Shown: one piece after another, positions 45,968 to 55,358 of the stretch | Layout: each line of letters opens with the position of its first letter | Position numbering within the stretch: the first letter of the stretch is position 1 | Assembly (NCBI GenBank): GCA_048370855.1 | Contig: DBGEOK010000046.1 | Coordinates: forward strand, 33,652 to 97,651 | DNA from: Candidatus Limiplasma sp. | Lineage (GTDB): Bacteria > Bacillota > Clostridia > Christensenellales > Aristaeellaceae | Length of the DNA: 64,000 nt | Reading direction: 5' to 3' | Made by a program: the position numbers and the translations under genes | The notes under the pieces: generated by a model | What the model saw: only the letters and a program-made list of their open reading frames with translations | Databases searched by the model: none | Told to the model about the DNA's origin: nothing

Positions 45968-47085
45968 GCCTTTGCTCCTTTCCGTGAAATGACGACCATC
46001 AAGAGGCCCGCCAGCAGGCTCAGCGCGGCGCGGTATGGGAGCGCGTAGCTCAGCGCGCCGGTCGGCAGATCGGGCCAAAAAATGACGATCAGCGTCGCCG
46101 GAAGCAGCGTCGCCGCCCCGGCGACGGAACGGGGGACCTTGGGCGCGGCGTTTCGCAGGATTTTCTCGCCGCTTACGATGCATCCGGCCAGCGAAAACAC
46201 CAGCAACAGCAGCCACATGACGCTGGTAAGCTGATTGAGAAGGATGCTCGCGCTGTGCCGCGCCATGCCCATCATCCGCTCGCCGATGGAAAGCGCGTCC
46301 CCGGAGCGCCAGGGGCGAACCATGCTGTTCCACAGCGCCCAGACGACGCCAAGCGCCCAGGGAAGCAGCGTCCAAACCGCGTTGAGGGGCTGCCCGATCG
46401 GATGGGTGCGGGGCAGGTCGGCGCTGCGGCGGGCTTCCTTGCTGAGCGGCAGAAAAAACATCAGCGCGACCCCCCAGACGCCGCCGACGCCGGAAAGGGC
46501 GGTCGTCGCCGTTTTGCCAAACCCCTGGCCCAGCAGGGGCCACAGCCGCCCGGCGTTGGTATCCGCCCCCAGGAGCACGGTGGCGAGTAGGAACAGCGCT
46601 AAAAGCCAGACGCGCATGCTGTTGACGCCGTAAGCGACGCCGTTTTCGCGGCCCAGGCAAACCGTGATGAAGCAGAAGGCGGCCACCAGGACGATGTGCA
46701 ATACGCGCGGATAGAAGGGCAGCAGTTCCATCAGCAGCCCGGACAGCGCGTTGGTCAAAAGCGTCGCGTCCAGGATGAGGCAGGGCAGCAAAAGCAGCGC
46801 GGCCCAACCGCCCGCCCGCGTGTGCACGCCCATGCGCCCGGCGTTCCATACCGCCCATAGCGCGGCGAGGGGCACAATGAGCATAAGCGCGGCCTGCCAG
46901 GTAGCCTTGGTGGTTTGATCGTAGCAAAACAGCGTGACCCAGAGCATGAGCTGGGCGGCGATCTGCGTGGCGGTCATGACCCGGTAGGCGGCAAAAATAC
47001 CCCGGCGGCGGTTTTGCGCGTCGCTTTTGGGGCTGTCCACGGGCGTGCGCGTCTGGCGCGCGCGCTTGAACCAGGCGGTCATCAC
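45964..47085 (-). CDS. Spore germination receptor B subunit (permease-like membrane protein)
   Basis: 373-aa polytopic membrane protein positioned between the A and C subunits, with overlapping stops and starts. The call rests mainly on operon position and TM pattern. Confidence 0.7.
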   Translation of the reverse strand: MMTAWFKRARQTRTPVDSPKSDAQNRRRGIFAAYRVMTATQIAAQLMLWVTLFCYDQTTKATWQAALMLIVPLAALWAVWNAGRMGVHTRAGGWAALLLLPCLILDATLLTNALSGLLMELLPFYPRVLHIVLVAAFCFITVCLGRENGVAYGVNSMRVWLLALFLLATVLLGADTNAGRLWPLLGQGFGKTATTALSGVGGVWGVALMFFLPLSKEARRSADLPRTHPIGQPLNAVWTLLPWALGVVWALWNSMVRPWRSGDALSIGERMMGMARHSASILLNQLTSVMWLLLLVFSLAGCIVSGEKILRNAAPKVPRSVAGAATLLPATLIVIFWPDLPTGALSYALPYRAALSLLAGLLMVVISRKGAKA

Positions 47086-48584
47086 GGCTTGCCGCGCCTC
47101 CCTTCGTCAAAGCGGCGCATGCGGCCGCTCGCGCGCCGCATGTGGGAGGGCGTAGCCAGGTAGGAACGAAGGCGCTGGCGGAATACCGGCGCGCGAAGGA
47201 GCATGTCCGGGTTATGAACCCGCGCCGGGCTGAGCGGCGCCAGGTAGGGCTGGCCCAGGCTTTCCATGCCGGCGACAACGCACAAAAGCAGGACGCCCAT
47301 CAGGCAAACGCCGGTCATCCCCAGGATTCCTCCGGCGATCAGCAGCAGGAGCTGGCCGATGCGGAAGGCAAAGCTCAGCGAGTAATCGGGCAGGGCGTAG
47401 CCGCCCAGGCCGGACAGCGCGACAACGATGATGAGCAGCGGGCTGACCAGCGCGGCTTCCACCGCCGCCGTACCGAGGATAAGCGTGCTGACCAGGCCGA
47501 AGGAGGAGCCCATCAAACCGGGGATGCGCATGCTGGATTCGTTGATGAGGTCAAAGATCACCAGCATCAGCAGCGCCTCGCCCAGCAGGCTCAGCGGCAC
47601 GATGGTGCGGCTTTGCATGATGCTGGTCAAAAGCGTCATGGGCAGTACCATTGGGTCAAAGATTACCAGGCTGACAAACAGGGCCGGCAGCAGCAGCGCC
47701 ACCAGCGCGCCGAACAGGCGAATCAGGCGGCTGAAGGTGCCGTATTGCCAGCGCATATAGCTGTCGTCGGGGGCGTGGAACAGGTGCCAGAAGCCCATCG
47801 GCATGGCGATGACGCGCGGGCTTCCGTCCAGGATCAGCACGGCCTGCCCCTCCTGCATGAAACTGACGGCGCGGTCCGGCCGTTCGGTCAGCACCACCTG
47901 CGGCAGCGGGGCGAAGGGATCGTCCTCGATCAACTGCTCCAGAATGCCGGCGGACAGCACATAGTCCACCGAAGCGCCCTCGATGCGCTTTTTCAACGCG
48001 TCGACGGTCTCCCGCTTGCATACGCCGTTTAAGTAGCACAGCGCGATCTGCGAGCTGATTTTGGTGCCCACCTCCAGGATTTCAACCATAAACTCCGGCG
48101 TGGGCAGCTTTTTATGCAATAGGGTGAGGTTATCGCGCAGCGCTTCGTTGAACGCCTCGTGCGGGCCGATGACGACGGTTTCGTTGGAGGGCTGGCTGAC
48201 GCTTCTGCGCACAAAGCTTCGCAGGTCGGCGATCACAGCCTTGTCCACGGTATCGATCAACAGGACGCACTGGCCCCGCAGCAGCTCCTGGACGGCCGCG
48301 TGGGGGTCGCCCTCTTCCTTGAGCTCCGTCGCCTCGATCACGCGCTTCATGGCCAGCTCCAGGGCTTCCCGCCCCATCGCCTCCTCGTTTACGCGCAGAA
48401 GGGGCCGCATGATGCTTTCCGCCATCTGCGCCCCGTTGGACATGCCCTCCACGTAAAAAAGCGCGCACTCCCGTCCCATGGCGGTGAATTCGCGCGTAAC
48501 GATATCGTCGTTGGCATCCAGGTGGAGCAGCCCGTCAAACAGGTCAAGGTTGCGCTTCAGGCTGCGGGAGAACTTTGGTTGCAT
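47082..48584 (-). CDS. Spore germination receptor A subunit (GerA family)
   Basis: Starts MQPKFSRSLKRNLDLF after GGAGG. It has a soluble N-terminal domain followed by the C-terminal TM bundle typical of GerAA/GerKA proteins. 500 aa. Confidence 0.88.
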   Translation of the reverse strand: MQPKFSRSLKRNLDLFDGLLHLDANDDIVTREFTAMGRECALFYVEGMSNGAQMAESIMRPLLRVNEEAMGREALELAMKRVIEATELKEEGDPHAAVQELLRGQCVLLIDTVDKAVIADLRSFVRRSVSQPSNETVVIGPHEAFNEALRDNLTLLHKKLPTPEFMVEILEVGTKISSQIALCYLNGVCKRETVDALKKRIEGASVDYVLSAGILEQLIEDDPFAPLPQVVLTERPDRAVSFMQEGQAVLILDGSPRVIAMPMGFWHLFHAPDDSYMRWQYGTFSRLIRLFGALVALLLPALFVSLVIFDPMVLPMTLLTSIMQSRTIVPLSLLGEALLMLVIFDLINESSMRIPGLMGSSFGLVSTLILGTAAVEAALVSPLLIIVVALSGLGGYALPDYSLSFAFRIGQLLLLIAGGILGMTGVCLMGVLLLCVVAGMESLGQPYLAPLSPARVHNPDMLLRAPVFRQRLRSYLATPSHMRRASGRMRRFDEGRRGKP

Positions 48585-48614
48585 GGCTACCTCCGTTGCA
48601 TACAGGGATGCGGA

Positions 48615-48644
48615 TAGTATGCGGATAAAGCGAAGGAAGCATGC
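48615..48644 (-). promoter_or_regulatory. Forespore sigma-G-type promoter of the germinant receptor operon
   Basis: The minus strand reads GCATG, 18 nt, CATACTA. This matches the sigma-G pattern GHATR-N17/18-CATxHTA as I recall it. It lies 30 nt upstream of the ATG. Confidence 0.5.
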
Positions 48645-48862
48645 GCGGGATTTACGGGCCGCCGGCGCGGCTCGCAAGGGGCAAAGAAAGATATGCGTTT
48701 TTGCATAGCCGCGCCCGATGGAGGCTGAAAATCCGCGCCGCCCGCGCCTTTCGCGGAAACGGGCTATTCCGGCGCGGATTGAAAAGCCCGACAAATTATG
48801 CCTTGCAAGCCGCCGTGTCCGGCTTCGCCCGGGCAGCCGGAACCAGGGGCGCAAACCCTTGC

Positions 48863-50191
48863 CTATTCCTCTACCAGAAAGGGGTCCTTTGTAACGTGGC
48901 CGGGGTCTATCAGGTCGCGGTAACATACGCGCATCACCGCGCGGCCCAGCATGCCCACGCCGTTATGAACGCTGCGGTTCTGGCAGCCGTTGGTCAGCAT
49001 AACCACGCCCGTGCGGTCCGTGGGGTCGAAGTACGCGGCGCAGAGCATGCCGTTGGCCTTTCCGCCATGCCCGTACATGGTGCGGCCCTCGACCTGGTCG
49101 TCCGTGATGATGTTCATAAATAGCCCGTGACCGCTCTCGCATACCACGGATCCGCGGTAATCCTGCCGCGTCGTCATCTCCGCGACCGTGCTTTCCTTGA
49201 GGATGCGCACATTTTGGTAGATGCCGCCGTCGCACAGGGCGATGAGGAGCTTGGCCAGGTCGGGCGCGGTGATGATAAGCTTGCCCGCCGTGAGGAAATA
49301 ATGCCGCAGCGCGTCCGGCTCGGTAATCCGCGTGGGGTCTGCGCGGAGCTCTTTTGCCAAGCGCTTTTGGGGCATGAGGTACATATCGGCCAGCGGCATG
49401 TCCTCCGGCAGGAGGGAGGCCTGGTAGCCCGCCGTGATGTTAAGCGGCGCAAAGACGTTCTCTTTCATATAATCGTCGAGGGTTTGACCGGACAGGCGCT
49501 CGATCAGGCTGCCGATCAAGCCGCCGCCAAAGTTGGAGTATTCGCGGCGCGTACCCGCCTCGTACTGCTGAAAAAACATGTACGGAAGGCGGCTGCCGCT
49601 GAAAAGCTCGTCCAGCGGGCGCGGGTTGCCGTACAGCGCCTCCTGGTAATATCCGCCGCTTCGCAGGCCCGCCGTGTGGGTCATAAGCTGGCGCAGCGTG
49701 ACCGGCGTGTCGGGATAGGCGGGGTTGCGGATTGGGAAGCCGAACAGGTCGCCCAGCTCCGTTTCCAGGTCTGCCTCGCCCCGTTCCACAAGCTGCATCA
49801 AGCCGATATTCCCCACCAGCTTGCCGATGCTGCCCACCTGAAAGCCGGTATCGGGCGTGACGGCGTCGCCGCCGGCGCGGCGCAAGCCGTAGCAGTGGGT
49901 AAAGGTTATCCGCCCGTTTTGGATGACCGTTACGCACGCCCCTAGGGTGCTGTATCGCTTGAATACCTGATTAAGCTTCTCCCCGACGCTGAGGCTGTCC
50001 TCCCGGGCAATCGCGTCCGTATCGGCGTCGGCTTGCGACAGCGCCGCGTCGTCCAGGAGCGCGTCGTCCGGGTTTTCGGCGCTCGCTTCGGCCGGAGAAC
50101 CGAAAACGCCCGCGCCCTCCGCGCCCGCCAGGGAAAGCGGGGCGCAGGCCGCCAGCCACAGCGCAAAACCCAGAATGGCAAGCCTTTTCAT
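48863..50191 (-). CDS. Serine hydrolase of the beta-lactamase / PBP4*-like (class C) family, probable lipoprotein
   Basis: SxxK motif in FQVGSIGKLV. Signal peptide MKRLAILGFALWLAAC with lipobox LAAC. 442 aa. Confidence 0.85.
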   Translation of the reverse strand: MKRLAILGFALWLAACAPLSLAGAEGAGVFGSPAEASAENPDDALLDDAALSQADADTDAIAREDSLSVGEKLNQVFKRYSTLGACVTVIQNGRITFTHCYGLRRAGGDAVTPDTGFQVGSIGKLVGNIGLMQLVERGEADLETELGDLFGFPIRNPAYPDTPVTLRQLMTHTAGLRSGGYYQEALYGNPRPLDELFSGSRLPYMFFQQYEAGTRREYSNFGGGLIGSLIERLSGQTLDDYMKENVFAPLNITAGYQASLLPEDMPLADMYLMPQKRLAKELRADPTRITEPDALRHYFLTAGKLIITAPDLAKLLIALCDGGIYQNVRILKESTVAEMTTRQDYRGSVVCESGHGLFMNIITDDQVEGRTMYGHGGKANGMLCAAYFDPTDRTGVVMLTNGCQNRSVHNGVGMLGRAVMRVCYRDLIDPGHVTKDPFLVEE

Positions 50192-50204
50192 TTGATTCCC
50201 CCGA

Positions 50205-51146
50205 TCAAAACCATTTCTTCTTTTTGAAAAACACAAGTCCCGTCACCGCCAGCCCCACGCACAGCACGATGAACAGCGGATAGCCGTACGGGCTTTCCAG
50301 TTCGGGCATGTTTTTAAAGTTCATGCCATACCAGCCTACCAGCAGCGTCAGCGGCAGAAAAATACCGGAGAGAATCGTAAAAATCTCCATGATGTGGTTC
50401 AGCCGGTAGTCCATCGAGGCGGTCAGGGCGTCCCGAAGCTGATTGAGCTCGTCGCACAGCAGGTTGACGGAGTCCGAAAGGCGCTCCGCCTTGGCGGTCA
50501 GCAGGGCAAAATAATGGAGAGCGTCCTCTTCAAAAATCTCATTTTCATTTTCTTCCAGCGCTTCGCCCAGGTCGATGAGCTGCCCGTAATATCCCCGCAG
50601 GAGCAGGAGCTGCTTTTTTTGTTCATAAATGCGCGCGCTCAGCGATTTATCGGCATGGGACAGCGCCACCGCCTCCTCCAGCGAGCCGATGGCCTGCTCG
50701 ATCCTGGCGAGACCCTGCGCGTCATGGGAGATGGTGCTTTCCAGAACGGCGAAGATAAGCTTCTCCAGCGTGACGGTTTCCGGCTTGTACCGCCTCAGCG
50801 CGCCGGCAAAGGCCTCGCGCATGTTCCCGTCCTCGCCCCGAATGCTCACGACCAGCAGAAGGTTTTTCCGGATAAAAAAGGCAAGCCGGTCAAACGGGGC
50901 GTAAACGCTGTTGACATCCACGATGCTGACCAAGCCAAAGGTATAATCCTCAAACACATCCACAAGATTTCGGTAATGGTCGCGGTCCGCAAGGCACATC
51001 TCAGGCGTGACGTCGGAAAAGCCGAACCGTTCAATCGCGCCTTTCAGCTCCTCCGGGCCGATATAGCCGACGATGAGCGCCGAGGGATCACGCCCGGCTT
51101 CGGCGGGTTCCACGGGGGCCAGGCTCGGCTGAAGGCGGTAGTACAT
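50205..51146 (-). CDS. corA: CorA-family magnesium/cobalt transporter
   Basis: C-terminal GWYGMNF (GMN motif) between two TM helices. I chose ATG 51146 because GAGGAGG lies 6 nt upstream. Confidence 0.9.
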   Translation of the reverse strand: MYYRLQPSLAPVEPAEAGRDPSALIVGYIGPEELKGAIERFGFSDVTPEMCLADRDHYRNLVDVFEDYTFGLVSIVDVNSVYAPFDRLAFFIRKNLLLVVSIRGEDGNMREAFAGALRRYKPETVTLEKLIFAVLESTISHDAQGLARIEQAIGSLEEAVALSHADKSLSARIYEQKKQLLLLRGYYGQLIDLGEALEENENEIFEEDALHYFALLTAKAERLSDSVNLLCDELNQLRDALTASMDYRLNHIMEIFTILSGIFLPLTLLVGWYGMNFKNMPELESPYGYPLFIVLCVGLAVTGLVFFKKKKWF

Positions 51147-51173
51147 GGGCATCCTCCTCGTCGCTGATGCTTT

Positions 51174-51202
51174 ATTGTAGCGTTTTGCCTTACGGGCGTC
51201 AA
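51174..51202 (-). promoter_or_regulatory. Sigma-70-type promoter of corA
   Basis: The minus strand reads TTGACG, 17-nt spacer, TACAAT. Confidence 0.5.
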
Positions 51203-51264
51203 GGCGGGTCGCAAGAACGCGCATGAACGCATGCGTTTGCGCATACAATATTCTGCGCATTGCT

Positions 51265-51293
51265 TTGACATCATGCCTAAAGTGCGATACAAT
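51265..51293 (+). promoter_or_regulatory. Sigma-70-type promoter of murB-rapZ
   Basis: TTGACA (51265-51270), 17-nt spacer, TACAAT (51288-51293). Confidence 0.55.
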
Positions 51294-51334
51294 TCTATCC
51301 GTAAACCTAATTTTTCATCGCGGGGAGGGGTATC

Positions 51335-52300
51335 ATGGATGCGGCGGCAAAAGACGCTTTGCTTTCCGCCCTGCGGAGCGTCATTCCTAAAAAACAGCTT
51401 ATCCTTGACGCGCCCATGAGCCGCTATACCACGCTGCGGCTGGGCGGCCCGGCGGAGGTACTGTGCGAAATCGCCTCGGTGGAGCAGCTATCCGCCGCGC
51501 TCTCGGCGGCGGATGGGCTGCATGTGCCTGTTACGCTGATGGGCAACGGCAGCAATATGCTGGTGCGCGACGGCGGCATCCGGGGGTTGGTGGTACACCT
51601 GGGCGAGCTTTTTGCGGAGGTATCCGAGCCGGCTCCCCTTCCGGACGGACGCTTTGCGCTGACGGCGCAGGCGGGCGCGACGCTTCAGAAGCTATGCAAC
51701 GCGGCGGCTGATGATGCGCTGACCGGTCTGGAATTTGCTTCGGGCATACCGGGAACGGTCGGGGGAGCGGTGTACATGAACGCGGGCGCCTATGGCGGCG
51801 AGATGAAGGACGTTGTCAGCCATGTAACCGCCTGTGAGACGACGGGCCAAACCGTTGCCTACACGGCGGAGGAAATGCGGTTTGGATATCGCAAAAGCCG
51901 CTTGACAGAGGACGGGCGGCCCGTGGCGGTCACATCCGTCACGGTGGTCCTGAACCCTGGGGACGAGGAAACCATCCGAGCGACCATGCGTGAGTTTTCG
52001 GCCCGCCGCCGTGAAAAGCAGCCGCTGACCGTGCCAAGCTGCGGCAGCACCTTCAAGCGGCCGGAGGGTCAGTTTGCGGGGACGCTGATCGACCAGTGCG
52101 GGCTGAAGGGCTACCGCATCGGCGGGGCCTGCGTATCGCCCATGCATGCCGGGTTTTTGGTAAACGACGAAAACGGCACCGCCGAGGATTACCTTGCGCT
52201 GATCGCGCATGTTCAGCGAACGGTGCTTGAACAGACGGGCGTGAGGCTTGTGCCCGAAGTGCGGATTTTAGGCGTGGATTCGCCTGTGGAGCAGGCCTAG
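51335..52300 (+). CDS. murB: UDP-N-acetylenolpyruvoylglucosamine reductase
   Basis: FAD-binding PCMH domain (TLRLGGPAE, GNGSNML) and a MurB C-terminal domain (GSTFKRP). 321 aa. Confidence 0.93.
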   Translation: MDAAAKDALLSALRSVIPKKQLILDAPMSRYTTLRLGGPAEVLCEIASVEQLSAALSAADGLHVPVTLMGNGSNMLVRDGGIRGLVVHLGELFAEVSEPAPLPDGRFALTAQAGATLQKLCNAAADDALTGLEFASGIPGTVGGAVYMNAGAYGGEMKDVVSHVTACETTGQTVAYTAEEMRFGYRKSRLTEDGRPVAVTSVTVVLNPGDEETIRATMREFSARRREKQPLTVPSCGSTFKRPEGQFAGTLIDQCGLKGYRIGGACVSPMHAGFLVNDENGTAEDYLALIAHVQRTVLEQTGVRLVPEVRILGVDSPVEQA

Positions 52301-52321
52301 CACAAAAGAGGGGGACGACGT

Positions 52322-53233
52322 ATGCACTTCCTGATTCTGACCGGCATGAGCGGCGCCGGAAAGACCGTGGCCATCCGCTATTTGGAGGACCTGGGCGCGT
52401 TGTGCGTGGATAACCTGCCGCCGATGATGCTGGTGCCTTTTATGGAGGCGTGCCAGAGCGCGCATTTGCACAACCCGATGATCGCCATCGCAGCGGATGT
52501 GCGTTCCGGAGAGTTTTTCGACGCCAAGGCGGTTACCAAGATGATCGACGAGGCCCGCATGGTGGGCTTCCATATCGACACGCTCTTTATTGAGGCCAGC
52601 GACGACGTGCTGGTCAACCGGTATAAGGAAACCCGCCGGGATCATCCCCTGAGCGGCGAGGGCCTGTCGCTGGAGGAGGCCATCCGCGAGGAACGCAACC
52701 GGCTTCAGCCGCTGCGCGAAACGGCGAATCATCTTTTTGACACCTCCAACCTGCGGCCGCGCGCGCTTTTAAAAATGCTGTCGGAGATCGTTGTGCACGC
52801 GGACGACGAGCCGCCGCTTCGGGTGGAGATCCTGAGCTTCGGCTTCAAGCGCGGTATTCCGCGTGAGGGCGATTTGGTGTTTGACGTGCGTTTTTTGCCC
52901 AATCCCTTCTATATTCCGGAGCTGGGGAGCCACACGGGGTTGGAGGAGGACGTCAGGGAATTTGTGCTTACGCACCCCGTAACAAAGGAATTTTTAAAAA
53001 AATGCATGGACATGCTGGAGTTTTTGCTGCCGCATTACATCACAGAGGGGAAGCATCGGCTGGTGATCGCCATTGGCTGCACCGGCGGCGCGCACCGGAG
53101 CGTCGCCATCGCGGAATACATCTGCGGCGAGCTGAAGCGCCTGGGGCACCGCGCGACCGTCAACCATCGGGATATCGCGCTGGAGCAGGCGCACTGGGCC
53201 GCCAAAAGCGAATATCAGAAGGGCGAGCCCTGA
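52322..53233 (+). CDS. rapZ: RNase adapter / nucleotide-binding protein RapZ (YvcJ)
   Basis: MHFLILTGMSGAGKT Walker A at the extreme N-terminus and a C-terminal IGCTGGAHRSV motif. 303 aa. Confidence 0.93.
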   Translation: MHFLILTGMSGAGKTVAIRYLEDLGALCVDNLPPMMLVPFMEACQSAHLHNPMIAIAADVRSGEFFDAKAVTKMIDEARMVGFHIDTLFIEASDDVLVNRYKETRRDHPLSGEGLSLEEAIREERNRLQPLRETANHLFDTSNLRPRALLKMLSEIVVHADDEPPLRVEILSFGFKRGIPREGDLVFDVRFLPNPFYIPELGSHTGLEEDVREFVLTHPVTKEFLKKCMDMLEFLLPHYITEGKHRLVIAIGCTGGAHRSVAIAEYICGELKRLGHRATVNHRDIALEQAHWAAKSEYQKGEP

Positions 53234-54129
53234 TGCGCTCGGCATTGCGCGGGGGGAGGCGGCACGCGAAGCGGCTCGCCTCTCTGTTTTTTGTCCTTGC
53301 CTTTTTAAACTCCGGGGCCGCGAGGGCGGAGGTCTTTTTTGGCACGCAGCCCCGCGCGGACTGGTATCGCAGGCCGCTTTTGAGGCTGACGGTGTTTGCC
53401 GCAGGGCAGAGCGACTGCATGCTGCTGGAGGCGGGCGGACAGGCCATGATGATCGACGGGGGTTCCGAGCCCTACCGGGACGATCTGAAGAACGCCATTC
53501 AATCGCGCGGCATCAAGCGTTTCAAGTATCTGCTGAATTCTCATTTTCACAGCGACCATATCAGCGGGCTGTATTGGCTGATGCGCTTCGGCTTTCAGGC
53601 GGGGGAATACCTCCACCCCTATACGGATTATGCCCTGAAGGTAAGCCAGAGGCATGCCAAAGCCGTGGCCCAGGCGGAGCGCTCCGGCATTCCCGCGCGA
53701 CAGGTGGTCAATGGGGAGGAGCTGCTGCTGGGAGAGGCCGTCATTCGTTTATACCGCTACGAGGAAGGCGCGGGAACAAACGGAAAATCCATGATGGCGC
53801 GCGTGGAATTTGGCGGGGCAAGCGTGCTGCTGACGGCGGATATCATCGGGGATACGCAGACCTACTTTGTAAAGAATCTGCCTCCGGAGGAGCTCAAGGC
53901 CGACATGCTCAAGGCGCCCCATCACGGCATCACCCCCATGGTGGTGAAGTTTCTGGAGACCGTCGCGCCGGAAGCGTTGATTATGACCAATTCCAGGAAG
54001 CGCGTGGACAGGGGGGCGGTACAGGCGGATGCGCGGGGCATCCCCACCTATTACGCGGCGGACGGCACGGTCATATTGGAAACTGACGGGGACGACTGGT
54101 ACATCCGGCAGGCGGAAGGGCAGTTTTAG
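53233..54129 (+). CDS. Secreted MBL-fold hydrolase (ComEC C-terminal-domain-like)
   Basis: The ATG overlaps the rapZ stop (TGATG). It has an N-terminal signal or anchor sequence (LASLFFVLAFLNSGAARA), an HFHSDH motif and a downstream PHHG. Confidence 0.8.
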   Translation: MRSALRGGRRHAKRLASLFFVLAFLNSGAARAEVFFGTQPRADWYRRPLLRLTVFAAGQSDCMLLEAGGQAMMIDGGSEPYRDDLKNAIQSRGIKRFKYLLNSHFHSDHISGLYWLMRFGFQAGEYLHPYTDYALKVSQRHAKAVAQAERSGIPARQVVNGEELLLGEAVIRLYRYEEGAGTNGKSMMARVEFGGASVLLTADIIGDTQTYFVKNLPPEELKADMLKAPHHGITPMVVKFLETVAPEALIMTNSRKRVDRGAVQADARGIPTYYAADGTVILETDGDDWYIRQAEGQF

Positions 54130-54171
54130 GTCCCCTTAAGGCGCGTCGGAGCCGGCGAGGATAAGCGGGAA

Positions 54172-54262
54172 GGGACGTCGGGAGGCTCTGCCTCCCAAGC
54201 CCTCCGCCTAAGGGCTTCGCCCTTAGAAATCCCATTTTTGGGCCGCGTTCGCGGCCCAAAAA
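54172..54262 (-). repeat. Intergenic repeat element, copy 3 (triple-hairpin module only, inverted orientation)
   Basis: The reverse complement reads TTTTTGGGCCGCGAACGCGGCCCAAAAATGGGATTTCTAAGGGCGAAGCCCTTAGGCGGAGGGCTTGGGAGGCAGAGCCTCCCGACGTCCC. This is nearly identical to 4552-4641 and 26874-26963. Confidence 0.7.
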
Positions 54263-54427
54263 TGGGTCAATAGGGACGAGAAAAGGGGCGTCCTGTCGCC
54301 CGTCTCCAGGAGACGGGCGTTTTGCGCATGAAAGGGCGGCAGTTGGACCGATATTTTTCACCCCAACTGGGCAAAAAAGGTCGAGACGCTTGCGAACGAA
54401 AAGTTTAAGATAGCCAACGGAGGGGGG

Positions 54428-55303
54428 ATGGAAATGCGGGAACAGGTGGAAGCGGTACAGCGTATGCAGGAGTACATTGACGCCCATCTCCAGGAGGACG
54501 TTTCGCTTGCGGGACTCTCCCGGGCGTCGCTGTTTTCGCCGTGGCACTCGTACCGGCTGTTTATTAAATATGTCGGAATCACGCCCGCGGATTACATCCG
54601 CAAGCTTCGCCTGTCGAGGTCGGCGCTTCGCCTGAGGGACGGCGCAGGAACGATCGCGGAGGCGGCCTTCGCCGCGGGCTTTGGCAGCGTAGACGGCTAT
54701 CAGCGGGCGTTCCGGCGGGAGTTCGGCTGCAACCCCGGCGAATACGCCGCCAATCCCGTTCCCATTTCTCTCTTCACCCCCTATGGCGTTCAATACAGGT
54801 ATTGTGAAAGGAGAACGGACATGAAAAGCGTGAAGACGGTTTATATCCGGGAAACCGACAGGCCCGCCCGCAAGGTGATCCTCAAGAGGGGGCGCGAGGC
54901 CGCCGATTACGGGACCTACTGCGAGGAGGTGGGCTGCGACGTGTGGGGATTGCTCCAGAGCATCCAGTCGCTGGGCGGGGAGCCCGTCTGCCTGTGGCTT
55001 CCGCGGCGGTACAGGAAGCCCGGAACGTCGGAATATGTGCAGGGCGCGGAGGTTGAGCCGACGTATGACGGCCCTGTGCCGGAGGGCTTCGACGTCGTCG
55101 AGCTGCCGGCCGCCAGATACCTGATGTTTCAGGGCGAGCCGTTTGACGAGAAGGATTATTGCCAGGCCATCGAGGAGGTTCAGCGGGCGATTTCAAAATA
55201 TGATCCGGCTTTGGCCGGACAGGAATGGGACCCCGAAAATCCGCGGATTCAGCTCGAGCCAATCGGCACGAGGGGTTATATCGAGCTTGTTCCTATCCGA
55301 TAA
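54428..55303 (+). CDS. AraC-family transcriptional regulator with C-terminal GyrI-like effector-binding domain
   Basis: N-terminal AraC HTH pair (...ADYIRKLRLSRSA..., FGSVDGYQRAFRREFGCNPGEY). The ~150-aa C-terminal domain is typical of GyrI/SbmC-like ligand binders. ATG 54434 is an alternative start. Confidence 0.86.
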   Translation: MEMREQVEAVQRMQEYIDAHLQEDVSLAGLSRASLFSPWHSYRLFIKYVGITPADYIRKLRLSRSALRLRDGAGTIAEAAFAAGFGSVDGYQRAFRREFGCNPGEYAANPVPISLFTPYGVQYRYCERRTDMKSVKTVYIRETDRPARKVILKRGREAADYGTYCEEVGCDVWGLLQSIQSLGGEPVCLWLPRRYRKPGTSEYVQGAEVEPTYDGPVPEGFDVVELPAARYLMFQGEPFDEKDYCQAIEEVQRAISKYDPALAGQEWDPENPRIQLEPIGTRGYIELVPIR

Positions 55304-55319
55304 GCGGGAAAACCGCCAG

Positions 55320-55358
55320 GCCGCCGGTCTCCGCGTATACCGCGAGCCGGCGGCTTTT
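55320..55358 (+). terminator. Intrinsic terminator after the AraC-family gene
   Basis: GCCGCCGG...CCGGCGGC stem with an inner CGCG/CGCG pairing, followed by TTTT. Confidence 0.55.

Noticed and set aside
45968-47278. Upstream part of the 803-aa track ORF that would fuse to GerAC.
   Set aside because: It runs across gerAB in another frame with junk composition. GerAC has its own start with a lipoprotein signal at 45967.
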